Below, one piece after another: positions 18,077 through 27,982 of a DNA stretch of 64,000 nt. The translations under genes were made by a program, and so were the position numbers. How positions within the stretch are numbered: the stretch's first letter is position 1; every line of letters starts with the position of its first letter. Source of the stretch: an uncultured virus (IMG/VR IMGVR_UViG_3300031993_000020) (taxonomy: Duplodnaviria > Heunggongvirae > Uroviricota > Caudoviricetes); the IMG/VR virus record IMGVR_UViG_3300031993_000020; one strand, written 5' to 3'. The notes below the pieces were generated by a model that saw only the letters and a list, made by a program, of their open reading frames with translations, ran no database searches and was not told the origin of the DNA.

Positions 18077-18098
18077 CGAGAAACTCCTGAACATAAAA

Positions 18099-19340
18099 TC
18101 AGTTAATAAATTTGTATGTTCTTAAGAAAACATCCTCAGCTACACCATAAATATCCTTAGGATTCGTAGGATCTTGGAGAATATATCCACCCTTTTTCAA
18201 GGTCATTTCTTCCCCACCCCACATGGGAGGTTGGAAGATTATATCCTCTGTTACTTTTGTAGCATTCATGGGGCCGCCTTTAGTAAAGGCAGTCTTTGTT
18301 AAATCTGACATACTGGGGAAAACTTCATCAAGAGCTAGCGTTCCATCTTTAAGTTGCTTTAAAACTTCTTCTTTGGAAAGTCTTAGTCTGTTGAGTGCTT
18401 CCTGTGGAATATCAGTAGGAAGATATTTCTTTTCAAAAACATTCTTTTTAATTACCCAATGTTCAGGACCATTAATGTTCTGAACAATATAATCGCCTGC
18501 ATTAGCGAGGTCATGGGAAAACTCTTTAGTTCCATCAGCCAAGACAGTTTGGACTCGTTCGCCTTGTTTTGCTAATTTTTCTACTTTGATCTTTTCAACT
18601 TTGGCTGCTTTTCTAAATTTAAGACCTTCTTTAGCAATATATTTTGAAATATCCGAAACATTTATAGGTGGTAGCTTAGGATAAAATTTCCGTAAATCTT
18701 GAGGCAAAACTTCAAAAAGATTATTGAGTTCTCTACGTTCTGCCTCAGATAAATTTTTACCTGAGGCCAATTTCTTCAGGCTAACACGTTCTCCCTCTCC
18801 CAGTAATCTTTCAAATTCTTTCTGAATTAGCTTATCGGGACAACCTTCTTTTCTAAGTAATTCTAAGAATTTTTGATTAAGAGACTTACTGTCTAAACGT
18901 GCACCAGAAGCATGTTCACGAGCTTTCTTTAGAAGAAAGTCTTGCCACTCTTTTGTAGCGGAAGCTTTTTCAATCCAATCCTTGGAAGCTTCGATCGGTA
19001 TTTTCCGACGGTCAAACACAAAAGGAGGCGCGTCGTATCTTCCTGCACCAACAAAATCCGGTGTTGCCTCTTTAAATATCTTTTCAATTGCACGATCATC
19101 CTCTGCTGTCAGGAGATTTCGCCAATCTCTGAAATCTATTTTAACATTAGAGGGACGTTTATAAGCAATGTTCCCCACATCGTCGCCATATTTAGAAACA
19201 GCTTTGGCAGCATCATCACCGTATTTGCGAAATACTTTGCCCACTGTGCTAGTGATTTTTTTGCCTATTTTACTGCCAAGCCCAAAATTATATGCATTGG
19301 CTACTCTACTGAAATTTCTTAACATCTGTTGTTCGTTCAT
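18099..19340 (-). CDS. NF-tagged protein with C-terminal PGDYG-like domain
   Basis: N-term LRNFSRVANAYNFG. Twin motifs AGDYIVQN..GPEHWVIKKNVFEKKY and GGYILQD...YGVAEDVFLRTY. Confidence 0.6.
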   Translation of the reverse strand: MNEQQMLRNFSRVANAYNFGLGSKIGKKITSTVGKVFRKYGDDAAKAVSKYGDDVGNIAYKRPSNVKIDFRDWRNLLTAEDDRAIEKIFKEATPDFVGAGRYDAPPFVFDRRKIPIEASKDWIEKASATKEWQDFLLKKAREHASGARLDSKSLNQKFLELLRKEGCPDKLIQKEFERLLGEGERVSLKKLASGKNLSEAERRELNNLFEVLPQDLRKFYPKLPPINVSDISKYIAKEGLKFRKAAKVEKIKVEKLAKQGERVQTVLADGTKEFSHDLANAGDYIVQNINGPEHWVIKKNVFEKKYLPTDIPQEALNRLRLSKEEVLKQLKDGTLALDEVFPSMSDLTKTAFTKGGPMNATKVTEDIIFQPPMWGGEEMTLKKGGYILQDPTNPKDIYGVAEDVFLRTYKFIN

Positions 19341-20362
19341 CTGTGTGCCCTCCCTGTGCGAGTATTGGCTTTTAAAAAGCCGGTAAAGAAATCTGACAAA
19401 TTTTTATGTTTCTCTTTTTGATGTTTTTTTGCTTCTTCAGCATCAAAGTCATCTTGAGCTGAATTGCCACTATAGATATTTGTGTAATAACTGTTTAAAA
19501 ACTCCTTGCTAAATTTTTGCAAGAGAGCTACTGTAGAAAGGTTTTCATCCAGGTCTAAAATCTCCAATATACGACATTCAATCTTGTCTATTTTATGTAA
19601 TACACTTACCATAGAAAAATAACAACGAGTTAAATCATCATCACACTTTTCAATAGCTTCTTTGTCTCGTGAATGAACATCGCAAGCTATAAGACAAGCT
19701 AGAGCAAAAGGAGTAAACACTGCTTCAAAAAGAAAAAATTCTTTTAAAGCATGTGGTATTATTTTTAAAGCTTTAGCTGCTCTAACAGCTTTAGTTAATT
19801 TTTCTGGATTCTTAAAAGAGCCTTTAATAAAGTCTAAACTAAATGGCAATACTCCTCCCCAAAGAGCATAATCAGCGGATTTTTCTGATAAACCTTTGGC
19901 CCAATTTTTTACCAGTTTGGGTGTAATTAAACCAAGGTCAGCAAAGAATTTAATTGTGCTCATGATGGGAAGGCCACCATTAGATATATGATCAGGCTTA
20001 CTTAATTCAGTTGCAGATTTACGTAATTCCTTGAATCTTTCACATAGTTTTTCACGTTTTGCTAGTAAGTCAAAGACATAGTTTTTAAGCTCCGCAGTGG
20101 TGCCATGATAATTTTCAGGAATTTTCAATAAAGAATCAGGTGTTTTAATTAAAACTTGCTTACAGAAATTATCAAAACCAGATTTGGAATTTTCGTCTGC
20201 AAAAAGATCAGACAAATCAGTACTCTGAGATTCAACACTTTCTCTGAATCGTTCTTTTTTGTCCTGCTCTATCCTTTCTTTTTCTTCTTCACTTAATTCC
20301 TTTTTTTCTTTACTTTCAGAGAAATCGAAAAATCTCTTTGTTACTCTGGCAAAATTTCTCAT
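19337..20362 (-). CDS. NF-tagged hypothetical protein (start re-assigned to MRNFARV)
   Basis: ATGA overlap with the upstream stop at 20359-20362; begins MRNFARVTKRFFDFS. Confidence 0.65.
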   Translation of the reverse strand: MRNFARVTKRFFDFSESKEKKELSEEEKERIEQDKKERFRESVESQSTDLSDLFADENSKSGFDNFCKQVLIKTPDSLLKIPENYHGTTAELKNYVFDLLAKREKLCERFKELRKSATELSKPDHISNGGLPIMSTIKFFADLGLITPKLVKNWAKGLSEKSADYALWGGVLPFSLDFIKGSFKNPEKLTKAVRAAKALKIIPHALKEFFLFEAVFTPFALACLIACDVHSRDKEAIEKCDDDLTRCYFSMVSVLHKIDKIECRILEILDLDENLSTVALLQKFSKEFLNSYYTNIYSGNSAQDDFDAEEAKKHQKEKHKNLSDFFTGFLKANTRTGRAHR

Positions 20363-21573
20363 GCTATAAATGTATGAGCCCATTTCTTGCCCTGTCCTTT
20401 CTCTTTGATATATTTCATAAAGTAATCGTGCGGTAAGCGAATATCGTTGCCTGACCCTTCCCAATCTCCGAGAGTATTACCATAAGGATCATCAATAATC
20501 CAGAAGTCGGGAATATCCGTACTATTACCTTCATTAAAGATACAGCCCACGAGACAGACAATATGCCCGAGAGTTTTCCCGTTAGACTTTGGAAAATCAC
20601 CAGAAATCACCACTGGTCTACCAGCCTTAATTTCTTCAATTAGTTTTTCCAGAGGAACTGTCATGGAGAATTTTGTAACTTTTTCTCCAACGAATTGATT
20701 AAACGCTTTCAACAATTCCTCGTGATACGTCGGTCTTAGCCCCGCGTCTAACATGTACTGCTGCAAGCAATCTTCCGGCTGATCAAATTTCTTGGAATAC
20801 TTCTTATAAAGTTCCGATGATGTAAACTTCTGCCAGATAGACGGTATATATGAAGCCGCCATCACCATAGAAGTCGTATTACAAGATTTATTAGGATTTA
20901 CCTTATTATTGCGCTGAGAGTAATTTACTTTGTTTGTAGATACATTGTAGATTCGCATACTGTTTTCCTTCGGAGCTGTAAATACTGGTAGATTGTTTGT
21001 CCATTTTAAGAGCGTCTTGTGGAGATTTTCAAGATAATCGTTGTACTTATCGAGATCGTTCCCTAAATTTAAATCCAGAATGCTTTTAAAATAAACACCG
21101 ACTTTATGTAGCATCAACTCTTTATGAATCGCACTTATCTCTGATAACGGCAAAAAATCATTACAAGGGGCACAGGACAAGTCAAAGTAAATATATGGCC
21201 GACAGTCAGGTGAGAAATCATGTCCAGAACAGCAAGCAACAGTCTTGTAGCCTTTGAGGTTAAGAATGGTGATAATCTCAGCAAAGTCATTATCTAGAAT
21301 CACTGGCTCTTTACCAATTAGATATAGTCCTTCGTGAGGAGCGAGGAAAGTTTTGTTATCCTTCCAACGTTTTACTGCGGATTCACTAACGTTTTTTAAT
21401 GTGGCTAGCTGTTTGATGGTAAGAGAATCAATGGCTACGCGCTGTGCGTGTGATTTGGTTGCTTTTGTGACCATGTCGGTTTCCTTTTTTGTTCTAATAC
21501 TGTTTGGTCTTCTTCTCTTAAAAATACTTCCGGGCAATACGAGAAAAATTATGCTGACTGCCGTACTCATCAT
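20359..21573 (-). CDS. C39-like peptidase (putative endolysin) fused to an N-terminal KGYKTVACCSGH domain
   Basis: NYSQRNN...SCNTTSMVM...GRPVVISG...GHIVCLVG...IIDDPYG gives the Gln/Cys/His/Asp pattern of Peptidase_C39-like enzymes. Possible internal start at 20958. Confidence 0.72.
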   Translation of the reverse strand: MMSTAVSIIFLVLPGSIFKRRRPNSIRTKKETDMVTKATKSHAQRVAIDSLTIKQLATLKNVSESAVKRWKDNKTFLAPHEGLYLIGKEPVILDNDFAEIITILNLKGYKTVACCSGHDFSPDCRPYIYFDLSCAPCNDFLPLSEISAIHKELMLHKVGVYFKSILDLNLGNDLDKYNDYLENLHKTLLKWTNNLPVFTAPKENSMRIYNVSTNKVNYSQRNNKVNPNKSCNTTSMVMAASYIPSIWQKFTSSELYKKYSKKFDQPEDCLQQYMLDAGLRPTYHEELLKAFNQFVGEKVTKFSMTVPLEKLIEEIKAGRPVVISGDFPKSNGKTLGHIVCLVGCIFNEGNSTDIPDFWIIDDPYGNTLGDWEGSGNDIRLPHDYFMKYIKEKGQGKKWAHTFIA

Positions 21574-21606
21574 TTAAGCCATACAGGTTTAACAAAGAGC
21601 TATAGA

Positions 21607-21644
21607 CTGACTACTCCCATGATTTTAGTTGCGGGAGTAGTCAG
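21607..21644. repeat. Palindromic miniature element resembling an IS200/IS605 end
   Basis: Perfect 12-bp inverted repeat CTGACTACTCCC / GGGAGTAGTCAG around ATGATTTTAGTTGC. Confidence 0.55.
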
Positions 21645-21664
21645 AATAGAAAAGAACTAAGATA

Positions 21665-22186
21665 CTATTTACGAGTATTTCCAGCCAAGAAAAATTGTTT
21701 ACAAAATGATTTGGGATCCTGTGATTGACAAGCTTGTATTACAATTGGTAGAATAGCTTGCATGAATTTCCTAGCTGGAGAATTAGGAAACGAAAAGTCG
21801 AAATATTCAATTATTTCATCTTGACTTTCAAGCATTTGTGCTTCAATAGACTGTTCTAAGACTGGTCTTAGTCTTGAAATCAATAAATTAAATAGTAAGT
21901 CACATTCTTTTGGCGTACGTCGTTGACCTTCATTATGAATTTCAGCAATGATCATTCCCCAAAGTTGTCCTTTATTATGAGGATGAGAATTTTCAGCTTC
22001 TTTTAAAGCATCTTGTAAAATCTGTTGTGGGGTACGTGCAGCTCGTGCAGATCGTTGTTTCGACCGCTCGTCGTCAATTTGTTTTAATTCTTCGCCAAAT
22101 ACCTTAGAAGTTAATTTATTCAGTATAGCCTCTTCTGCACTAAAGTACTTCTTAGTTACTCTGGCAAAATTGATTAATTTATTCAT
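21665..22186 (-). CDS. NF-tagged hypothetical protein
   Basis: Starts MNKLINFARVTKKYFS. Confidence 0.7.
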   Translation of the reverse strand: MNKLINFARVTKKYFSAEEAILNKLTSKVFGEELKQIDDERSKQRSARAARTPQQILQDALKEAENSHPHNKGQLWGMIIAEIHNEGQRRTPKECDLLFNLLISRLRPVLEQSIEAQMLESQDEIIEYFDFSFPNSPARKFMQAILPIVIQACQSQDPKSFCKQFFLAGNTRK

Positions 22187-22697
22187 TATAATTTCTCCTA
22201 TTTCTTCTATTAAAGCATCTCGCCACTAACGCCCTATCTGCAGATTCAACTGTAGGATAGGAAGTGACTCTTCTGAAGAGGTGACTTGCGGGATTAAATA
22301 CAGGGATACCGAGGGTGGCATGAACGGTGTCTCGTTCTTCCTGCTTATCATCAATGAAAATACTATCAGGTTGCATATACTGGGCCTTGGGGCCTTCAGC
22401 TGTGATAATATTATCAAATAATGAAACATCAATATCAAATAAGCTAAGGTAGTTCAAGGGTACATGAGTACGAGTGACGATATTTTTTTCCTTGCCACGC
22501 TTCTTAGATTCCGTTAAGAAATCTAGCAATGTCTGGTTAGGCATATAGTAGTTCCAGAGTAATAAAGTATCATCCATATCCGTGTATATACGATTGTATG
22601 AGTCTGGTGAGACTTTTCTATCAATCTGGAAGATTGCCTCTTCCACTGGTGGCAGAGAGAAGTATTTCTTTGCGATTCTGCTAAAATTCATTGGCAA
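22179..22697 (-). CDS. NF-tagged HAD-superfamily phosphatase-like protein
   Basis: MNFSRIAKKYFS, then YTDMDDTL, IVTR, PKA, FIDD; paralogue of 5647-6276. Confidence 0.7.
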   Translation of the reverse strand: MPMNFSRIAKKYFSLPPVEEAIFQIDRKVSPDSYNRIYTDMDDTLLLWNYYMPNQTLLDFLTESKKRGKEKNIVTRTHVPLNYLSLFDIDVSLFDNIITAEGPKAQYMQPDSIFIDDKQEERDTVHATLGIPVFNPASHLFRRVTSYPTVESADRALVARCFNRRNRRNYNE

Positions 22698-22708
22698 CCA
22701 CTCCTTCT

Positions 22709-24124
22709 TTAAGCGGGCATATTGTTATCAAACGGGCTCAAGGTATTGCTACTATCCCACCCTAAGCAGAGACCACCACCAATATAGATGAAATCGCCAT
22801 TGTCAAATGTTCTGCCACGTGCAAAAGGCTCAGTTCCAGCAGGATAATCGTTTCCACTTATATAACTACCAATATTTAAAGGATTATAGATAATTCTTAA
22901 TAGATCTGATTTAATCCATCCTTTGAATTGGTCCTGTCCATATATCTTTGTAGCATTAGGGTAACCTAAACCTATGCCCAATTGAATAAAACGCGCTTTT
23001 TCGGACTCTACACATAAAGCAGCTAATCCAGCACAAGAAACTAAACAAGTACCACTAGCATTAGAAGTAGAATTAATATCAGACAAATTCTCAGATATTC
23101 CACCCTTTATGTTGCCATTACTATTAAAAAGTTCTACTAAATTTAATTTTAAATCATTGTATTTGTTGAGTGCAGTTCCATGCAAGATAAATGCATTAGA
23201 AGCTTTGTTACTAGTATAATAATTACTTAGTGGATTAAAATATTTTGTGTCACTACTATTATTAGCTGTTGTGTTGTTATCTTGTTCTCTTGAAGTGTTT
23301 GTTCCAATATCCCGCATTAAATGAAATGCACCATAGTGATAAACATCTTCTTCGTGGAAATTATCAAATAATTTTCCAATTATGAATCCTTTACTGTTAG
23401 TATAAGACCAATTTGACGCCTTTAGTATAACGGTAATATCATCTTCTTTACAAATAAAAGACCAAGAATATTGTACATCAACTGTATTACTTATACCTAT
23501 GCCAGCATTATTGTACATACTTGAATAATTACTACCACCACCTACAGAACCCATATTACAAGACATTGGTGCTACCATAGAGCTTTTACACCAATTATCA
23601 GAGGACCAGTCATAAGAAGACCAAGTTTGTTGACTTTCAAAAGGCATCATAGCGATAGATAAACCGACAGGATGCCTAATTAAAATTGAACAGTTACTAG
23701 CATAAAAAGGACTACCTGTATTAACAGATGACAGCGCTGTATAATAATCTTTATACAAATTAGCAAAATAAATTAAGGCTATTTTAGTATTCGTAACAGA
23801 ATTTACAAAATAAACACCACAGCTATAGTTATAACGATTAGATCCTGACCTATCTAGATAGCATTCTAATATTCTAGGTAAAGCTGTAGTTAAATCTAAA
23901 TCTGTAGTATTGACAGTAATATTACCAGTATCTACAGAGGGCATGTCAGTATCGAATTCCCACTGAGGATTGGCTTGCATCAATGCTTTAGCACAACCGA
24001 TGAGAATAGTGCGGCAATTTTGTTTCATGGTAGCAGTGATTTCAACTGCAGATGTGGAGCCGTTCCAAGCACTACCATCACCAGTAAATGTATATTTAGC
24101 TATTTTATATCCACCTGAAGCCAT
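22709..24124 (-). CDS. Putative tail fibre tip / receptor-binding protein
   Basis: N/S/G/T-rich, follows the fibre gene, paralogue of the 10385-12814 N-region. Confidence 0.55.
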   Translation of the reverse strand: MASGGYKIAKYTFTGDGSAWNGSTSAVEITATMKQNCRTILIGCAKALMQANPQWEFDTDMPSVDTGNITVNTTDLDLTTALPRILECYLDRSGSNRYNYSCGVYFVNSVTNTKIALIYFANLYKDYYTALSSVNTGSPFYASNCSILIRHPVGLSIAMMPFESQQTWSSYDWSSDNWCKSSMVAPMSCNMGSVGGGSNYSSMYNNAGIGISNTVDVQYSWSFICKEDDITVILKASNWSYTNSKGFIIGKLFDNFHEEDVYHYGAFHLMRDIGTNTSREQDNNTTANNSSDTKYFNPLSNYYTSNKASNAFILHGTALNKYNDLKLNLVELFNSNGNIKGGISENLSDINSTSNASGTCLVSCAGLAALCVESEKARFIQLGIGLGYPNATKIYGQDQFKGWIKSDLLRIIYNPLNIGSYISGNDYPAGTEPFARGRTFDNGDFIYIGGGLCLGWDSSNTLSPFDNNMPA

Positions 24125-24142
24125 TATTCTTCACTCCTCTTC

Positions 24143-26611
24143 TTAACCTGTAGAATCTGCAGTCATAGAGCCTGCGGTAAATACAATTACTTGACTTCCA
24201 CTACCACCGCCTCCCGCAGCATCAATCATTGCTTTAATCTGACTGGCGGTAAGTATAATAGGAACTCCGTCAATACTGTCATATTGTGAAGGATCAGCAT
24301 AAATCTCTGCACCAGTTGCTGTTGTCGTCTTAACATTACCGGCTACGCTCGTTGAAGCGATAGCGCCGATAGCGCTAATCTTGCCTTCCGTTAACGTCGC
24401 TTCATTAATTGTTAATGCAGTTTCCGTTAACGTAGTAGTATTCCCAACGGTTAATTTTCCGACGGAAGATACACCGGCATCAATTTTAATTTCTGCGATA
24501 GGATTGCTTCCTGAACCGTAGCTAAACCAGATCGTACCATTCGGGAAAATATTAATATGGAGAGTACGACCACCAGGACGATAAGTACCATAAGCAGAAT
24601 AAAAATCCATATTCTGTTCATAGATATCTGAATATTCATTCTCGTGGTATGTAAAAGTTGGTACAACTTCATAGACGCTGTATCCATCCGCCCAAGTAAA
24701 AGAAATATCAGAAGCGGAAGGAATGCCATAGAAATTAAAGTGGTTATAATGCCAGACTTCATAGCTCTCTTCAGTGGTTACTTCATCAGCGTTAGCTGCT
24801 GTATAACTTCCAGATGCGGTTTTACTAATCTTAACGTCAGCGAGTCTAAACTGTTTCTCTAAAGGAGTTTCCCTGGTTAGCAAGGATTGACCATTAATGA
24901 AAATATCCTGCTCAGTGATTATAACACCATTAGGAGAGCCGATCTGAGCAGTACCAGTATACAGAGGCTGAGTGTATTGCAACATCAAGTGCGGAATTAA
25001 CACGTCAGCTTCAGCAGTATCTTCTGTTGAGACCTCAATGCGACCATTAGCAAGGAGTAAATTAAATCTACCAACTACAGGATCCGTTGGAGCTTCGGGG
25101 AATGTCTTACCAATTATGATAGGATTAATTGTCTGTAAGGCTTGTTCACTTATTCCAGTAATAGGATTTGTGACTGTAACAACTTCGTAATTGTTGTCTG
25201 GATAAGAAGCGTAACCATTATCAAGAACATCATCAATAGCGATGCAAACAGGCCAGTCTTCTATGTTCGCAGGCAAAGCAATAGTAGGACAGCTAAAACT
25301 CCAAGTATAACCGTTTTGACCTTGAGCTGGTTCATCCAACGCAAAAGATAATACTGATTGAGCGGGAGCATCAAATCCTATAGTTCTAATTTCATCTAAC
25401 AAGTATTGGTATTCTGAGTCCCAAGCATATAGTGCTATTAGTCCATTAAGAATAATTATACTAACTTCTTGACCATCAATAGTGCCATCGATAGAAGTGA
25501 ATCCAGCATGATAATAGAAACTTTCTTGCTCAAACGTAGAAGCAGTATCAAATGTTATGGTTAAGTTTTCTACTACCGGCGAAGCTGCTAATCGAGAATC
25601 ATTACAACATCTAAATCCGAAGGCATCTTCTTTGAATTGATTTTGATAATAAATAAAGCTTCTTGTGTCAACAGTTTCAGTTGCTACCGTTAAATAATCG
25701 CCAATGCTAATATCGTGCATTGCTTCTGCGATAGCTTCTTCTACTTCTGTACCGGTTTGATAATCTGCATCATTATTGAACGATGATACATTAGTAGGAA
25801 TATCACTAGAAGTAATAAATCCAGAATCATTAGTTAATTGACTAGTAGCAGAAGGAATACTAGGAATATCACTTGAGGTAATGTACCCTGCATCATTATT
25901 GAACGATGATACATTAGTAGGAATATCACTAGAAGTAATAAAACCAGAATCATTAGTTAATTGGCTAGTAGCAGAAGGAATACTGGGAATATCACTTGAG
26001 GTAATGTACCCTGCATCATTATTGAACGATGATACATTAGTTGGAATGTCACTAGAAGTAATAAAACCAGAATCATTAGTTAATTGGCTAGTAGCAGAAG
26101 GAATACTGGGAATATCATTCAGTGTAATATACCCAGCCCCGTTAGTAAGTTCTGCAGTGTCCGTAGGAACCGTCATAGTGACAGTACCATGGTCTACAGG
26201 CAGAGTCTCATCGTTAACAACAATATCCCGCACGTATCCGCCCTGGATAGTTTCTACGGCATCATCAACGAAGACTTTGACTTGACTCGGTTTTAATATA
26301 ATCGGAATACCCTGTACTTCATCGACAGGATTTTCATAAGAAACCTCTCCTGGCTTCGTTAATTGAATAAGACCGGGAGCAGTTTCAGTCGCAACAGGAA
26401 TTCTTAAGGGTGATACTTCAACACCTTGAGTGTCAGCGTCCACAGCGACAGTAACGCCAACGGCAGCAGATTCTACTAAATCAAGCTGATCGGGATCATA
26501 TTGAAGTAAAAGATCCTGATACGCCTGTTCAGCAGTGGCCAGATCTGTATATGTTTTGCAGATTTTATAATTCTTCTGCTGACGATCGATTCGCAGTAAA
26601 ATAAGATACAT
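24143..26611 (-). CDS. Tail fibre protein with 41-aa tandem repeats
   Basis: ATETAPGLIQL fibre motif and TSQLTNDSGFITSSDIP repeats. AAAGGA RBS before ATG 26611. Confidence 0.7.
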   Translation of the reverse strand: MYLILLRIDRQQKNYKICKTYTDLATAEQAYQDLLLQYDPDQLDLVESAAVGVTVAVDADTQGVEVSPLRIPVATETAPGLIQLTKPGEVSYENPVDEVQGIPIILKPSQVKVFVDDAVETIQGGYVRDIVVNDETLPVDHGTVTMTVPTDTAELTNGAGYITLNDIPSIPSATSQLTNDSGFITSSDIPTNVSSFNNDAGYITSSDIPSIPSATSQLTNDSGFITSSDIPTNVSSFNNDAGYITSSDIPSIPSATSQLTNDSGFITSSDIPTNVSSFNNDADYQTGTEVEEAIAEAMHDISIGDYLTVATETVDTRSFIYYQNQFKEDAFGFRCCNDSRLAASPVVENLTITFDTASTFEQESFYYHAGFTSIDGTIDGQEVSIIILNGLIALYAWDSEYQYLLDEIRTIGFDAPAQSVLSFALDEPAQGQNGYTWSFSCPTIALPANIEDWPVCIAIDDVLDNGYASYPDNNYEVVTVTNPITGISEQALQTINPIIIGKTFPEAPTDPVVGRFNLLLANGRIEVSTEDTAEADVLIPHLMLQYTQPLYTGTAQIGSPNGVIITEQDIFINGQSLLTRETPLEKQFRLADVKISKTASGSYTAANADEVTTEESYEVWHYNHFNFYGIPSASDISFTWADGYSVYEVVPTFTYHENEYSDIYEQNMDFYSAYGTYRPGGRTLHINIFPNGTIWFSYGSGSNPIAEIKIDAGVSSVGKLTVGNTTTLTETALTINEATLTEGKISAIGAIASTSVAGNVKTTTATGAEIYADPSQYDSIDGVPIILTASQIKAMIDAAGGGGSGSQVIVFTAGSMTADSTG
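25766..26117 (-). repeat. 123-bp in-frame tandem repeat, ~2.9 copies
   Basis: TGCATCATTATTGAACGATGATAC recurs at 25766, 25889 and 26012. Confidence 0.95.
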
Positions 26612-26655
26612 GTCGCCTGTTCCTTTCGAAAGTGTTGACATCCCTCCGGAACGAT

Positions 26656-26991
26656 TTATCCGCGCGTTCCAGCTACAGCATTAGTAGCAGAGGGAGCTTT
26701 GCCTGTTTCTAATTTTCTCGCAATTGTCTTTAACAAGGAGATGAGTTGTTTACCTTTCTCTGGATGGTCCGTAGATTCTAAGATTTTAGTAAACTCACCA
26801 AGAGCGGCAACGGCTAATCGGTTTGATTTATATTTCTCTTTGAGCTCATCAATGTCTTTTGCGAGCTCCTTTAATTCTTCATGGATGGCGAAATTACGTT
26901 TACGATTTTTAACCGCTTTACGCATTTCGTCAGAGACGATGTAATAGTGTTCTTTATACATAAGGAACTCCCTAGGAATTTTCAGGTACAA
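26656..26991 (-). CDS. Hypothetical protein (contains KRNFA)
   Basis: 111-aa ORF in the operon. Confidence 0.6.
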   Translation of the reverse strand: MYLKIPREFLMYKEHYYIVSDEMRKAVKNRKRNFAIHEELKELAKDIDELKEKYKSNRLAVAALGEFTKILESTDHPEKGKQLISLLKTIARKLETGKAPSATNAVAGTRG

Positions 26992-27187
26992 TCGTATATT
27001 CTTTAGTTTCTGGGCAGTAATCGACGTGCATATCTACGACTTCAGAGATAAACACATCAGTCAGTTTGCGCGATTTAACGAGAGTAACGTACTTCTCTAC
27101 TGCCTCTTCGTATGTACTAGCTGTAGTAGCTAGATTATAAGCGCCAGTTGGCGTCTTCGTATATAATTGGTATAGCATGAGAGACAC
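26972..27187 (-). CDS. Small protein, weakly similar to the fibre N-terminal domain
   Basis: YNLATTASTYEEAVEKYVTL resembles YKICKTYTDLATAEQAYQDL. Confidence 0.5.
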   Translation of the reverse strand: MSLMLYQLYTKTPTGAYNLATTASTYEEAVEKYVTLVKSRKLTDVFISEVVDMHVDYCPETKEYTIVPENS

Positions 27188-27199
27188 TCCGTAGAAAAT

Positions 27200-27979
27200 T
27201 TAAGAGACAGTGTCGCTATATTTGTTGGGTGCAGCAAAAATAAGCCCAAGGACCCGCTCATAGTCTGTATCATCAACTTCGCTACCATAATTAGACATTT
27301 GGTTATAATAGATTAATCTAACCTGGTTGTTCCAATCTTGGGCCAGAATAACAGTAAAAGGAGTACCCAGTGCAGCCGCTGGGCCTTGGCTGTTTGCCCA
27401 GTCAGCGCTAGCTAAATATCTTATATTGCCAGCTTTAGTGTTAAGAGTTACCGTTATGTTCTTACTGTGGTTGATATTCCAGTGCTGCGCAGCATCGGTA
27501 TGATAAAAGTAAAACCATGCGAGAATACCATTTTGACCATACAAGTTTGCATAGGAATCAATAACACTGGTGTAACTATTGCTACTGCTATTATATACTG
27601 CGAATTTCCTAGCGGTAATCTGTGCACTACTCATGGTTGTTCCAGTACTATTACTGATACTAAAATTTGCAGCCTTTACACTGTTACTAAAGGTGGTACC
27701 GGCGTTATCAGTAGTAATATTACTTGGCAGAGTTAAAGTACCGCTAATGGTAGTGTTTCCTGATAAATTGTTTGTACCGTTAAAATTAATTGTACTATTA
27801 GAAACGGATAAGCCACCATTACAAGTAAGAGTTCCGTCACAAGTAACATCGCCTTTAAATTCAGCGTTCGGACCAACAGTAATATCACTATCAGTCAACT
27901 GAATAACTCTTTTAGTAGCTTTTCCCTGAGCGTCGATTACTCTACAGCCGATCGAATAAAGCGGATTATATGAACTCAT
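27200..27979 (-). CDS. Putative baseplate-associated fibre/spike protein
   Basis: Beta-helix-like GDVTCDGTLTCNGGLSV repeats; lies after the baseplate wedge genes. Confidence 0.5.
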   Translation of the reverse strand: MSSYNPLYSIGCRVIDAQGKATKRVIQLTDSDITVGPNAEFKGDVTCDGTLTCNGGLSVSNSTINFNGTNNLSGNTTISGTLTLPSNITTDNAGTTFSNSVKAANFSISNSTGTTMSSAQITARKFAVYNSSSNSYTSVIDSYANLYGQNGILAWFYFYHTDAAQHWNINHSKNITVTLNTKAGNIRYLASADWANSQGPAAALGTPFTVILAQDWNNQVRLIYYNQMSNYGSEVDDTDYERVLGLIFAAPNKYSDTVS

Positions 27980-27982
27980 GTT

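Noticed and set aside
10385..26611. Diversity-generating retroelement or invertible fibre cassette
   Set aside because: No reverse transcriptase or invertase, and no adenine-specific template/variable repeat pair was seen.
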